The notes beneath the pieces are model-generated. The model was not told where the DNA came from, ran no database searches, and was given only the letters and a program-made list of their open reading frames with translations. Below, one piece after another: positions 22,216 to 24,216 of a DNA stretch of 24,216 nt. The position numbers and the translations under genes are program-made. Source of the stretch: Octopus sinensis (Eukaryota); NCBI RefSeq assembly GCF_006345805.1, contig NW_021836537.1:1-24216 (forward strand). Reading direction: 5' to 3'. Within the stretch, counting starts at the first letter, position 1. Each line of letters opens with the position of its first letter.

Positions 22216-22678
22216 ATACGCACAAATACTACAATAATGTGATACAGTTTCTTCGAGTCTTCATATTCATAGATCCATTTATTTTTCTCAAATTCGTTTC
22301 GTTGTGTTCCAGATTATTTACTTCCTCCAATGTCAAAGCTTTGTCTTGAAGCTGACAATCGAGTTATGATTGTCAAAAGCCGCATTGCCAGCAGATCATT
22401 AGAATTAAGGCAGCTAAATTATTATTGATTCCTACTTACACGGAGGATAAGTGAATTGTGAAATTAAATATAAAATATGGCGTCGTTTCTTCATCTTTTC
22501 TTGTGAGTCGAGAACGAGGTTCGTTTTTGGTAATGACGTTATAACTCGCGATGTATCGTTGGATTTCACATTATTGTGTGTATTATGTTTGTAAATCTGT
22601 GTATGGCGGTCGTGAACTGGTGAATGTGTGTATCGCAGTCGTTGTATATAAATATGTACATGTATGTATGTACCTTAT

Positions 22679-22723
<45 letters not shown>

Positions 22724-22791
22724 CATATATACATAAAGATGGAAAATTTAGTTGCAAATCTCTGAGCGAGAAGTAAGTAGTAACATTATTA

Positions 22792-23120
22792 CAGAGTAAA
22801 ATATCTATTTGCCAACGTAAAGTGGCAGTCCTAGTTAAGACGATGTCATTACTATTTTTAGTCCCAGGAAAACACATTTTCCAGCTAGTTCCCGACGCGT
22901 AACTGCGTCCTTATACCTCTAATAAGGGAGCTAATATCCCCACCCAGCCTTAAAAGGTACTTGCAGACCATGGCTTCTGGGCTATTTCACGTCATCGGCA
23001 CAACTTAACCGTTGGCTCGAGATGACAGCTGGAAAAAATGTTTCTCTGGGGCTAAAAAAAGGTAGTAACGTCGTTCTAACCAGGACTGCCAATTTATATT
23101 GGCAAATAGATTTTACTCTG
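22792..23120. mobile_element. MITE with ~90 bp TIRs and TA target duplication (Tc1/mariner superfamily style)
   Basis: TA|cagagtaaaatatctatttgcc...ttttcc (22792-22882) and ggaaaa...ggcaaatagattttactctg|TA (23031-23120) are imperfect inverted repeats. Confidence 0.8.
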
Positions 23121-23230
23121 TAGTACTGTTACTAATTCTCGCTCACAGATTTAAAGCTAAATGTTTTCCTCTTTACGAGATCAGTGACTGTGTGCCACTT
23201 TAAAAGTATATACCGCGAACAAGACCTAGT

Positions 23231-23466
23231 GCTGCCATCTCGAACCAACGGTTATCCTGTGCCGATGTGGAGAAATGACTCAGAAACCATGGTCCGCAGG
23301 CATCGTTTAAGCCTGAGTGGGGACATTATCTCTCTTGTTTGAGACATATAAGAACGCAGATGTGTGTCGGTAGCTAGCGGGGAAAGATGTTTTCCTGGGT
23401 GTAAAAAAGGCAGTAACATCGTCCTAATCAGGATGGCCAATTTACGTGGGCAAATAGATTTTACAC
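23231..23466. mobile_element. Second, inverted and truncated copy of the same MITE
   Basis: 23231-23380 is the reverse complement of internal segment 22881-23030 (aligned by eye), followed by one TIR at ~23381-23464. Confidence 0.8.
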
Positions 23467-23627
23467 ACGCACGTGTGTGTATGTATATATTATGATTATA
23501 TATATATATGCACTCATACTCATGCATACATACATTTATATATATATATGCACATACATGTATGTTATATATCTATGTAATACTATGCATACACATTCTT
23601 ATTCACACCTATCTACATATTTCCATG

Positions 23628-23960
23628 TCTCAGAGCGTCGGACTCGCAATCAAGAGGTACTGAGTTCGATTCCTAGACTGGGCTGTGTGTTGTGTTCTTG
23701 GGCAAGTCACTTTATTTTAAGTTGCTTCAGTTCACTCAGCTGTAGAAATAAGTTGCGATGTTCACTGGTGCCAGGCTGTATCGGCTTTTGCCTTTCCCTT
23801 GGATAACATCAGTGGCGTGGAGAGAGGAGGCTGATATGCATGGGTGACTGCTGGTCTTCCATAAACAACCTCACACGGACTTGTGCGTCGAAGGGAAACT
23901 TTCTAGGTGCTATTCTATTGTCAATAATGACCGAAGGAGGACTTTATACTGCCGACTACA
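23628..23960 (+). mobile_element. tRNA-derived SINE, A box truncated
   Basis: gagcgtcggactc...gagttcgattcc (B box), gtgttcttgggcaagtcacttt (CORE-like), cagttcactcagctg; head related to 733-957. Confidence 0.75.
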
Positions 23961-24169
23961 ATACACAGCAGCGACTAACCGCTGTTATCTCATGTGTCTG
24001 TCTGTCGGCCTGTCTATCTACATACATACATACATACATACATACATACATACATACACACATACATACATCATACACATATAATCATGCATGCATACAT
24101 ATATATACACACACACATACATACTTACACCCACACAAAGACTTATATATCTTATGTTTTACTTGCTTC

Positions 24170-24216
24170 TGTTATTAGACTGCGGCCATGCTGGAGTGTG
24201 TCTCGGCAAGTGATGC
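24170..24216 (-). mobile_element. SINE 3' tail fragment at window edge
   Basis: gactgcggccatgctggag matches gactgtggccatgctggag at 19197. Confidence 0.5.

Noticed and set aside
22353-22375. 8 bp hairpin TGACAATC/GATTGTCA
   Set aside because: Too short to exceed chance expectation in 24 kb.

Overview
AT-rich, microsatellite-saturated eukaryotic DNA that reads as intronic/intergenic. The repeat content (tRNA-derived SINEs with internal TA/CA tracts, RTE, CR1, Dong/R4-like, Tx1-like and Penelope-like fragments) suggests an octopod cephalopod; this is inference from recognition, not from a search. No intact long CDS, tRNA, rRNA or CRISPR array is supported. The long ORFs in the supplied track are simple-repeat artefacts or decayed transposon frames. 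Recognisable items: a dead Tc1 transposase (minus, ~2.2-3.1 kb), a hAT-Charlie terminus, several SINEs, stacked restriction-endonuclease LINE 3' ends at (AAT)n, a CR1 RT fragment, an RTE LINE with an inverted 5' part, TA-flanked MITEs, a near-perfect ~737 bp tandem duplication and degenerate type I hammerhead ribozyme motifs. Small phase-compatible minus-strand exon candidates (14450-14363, 9125-9084, 7596-7414) may encode the C-terminus of an unrecognised host protein. I found no clearly new biological system. The best leads are the hammerhead motifs, the inverted RTE, the cryptic gene and the many inverted repeats that could form dsRNA. Most repeat boundaries are approximate.
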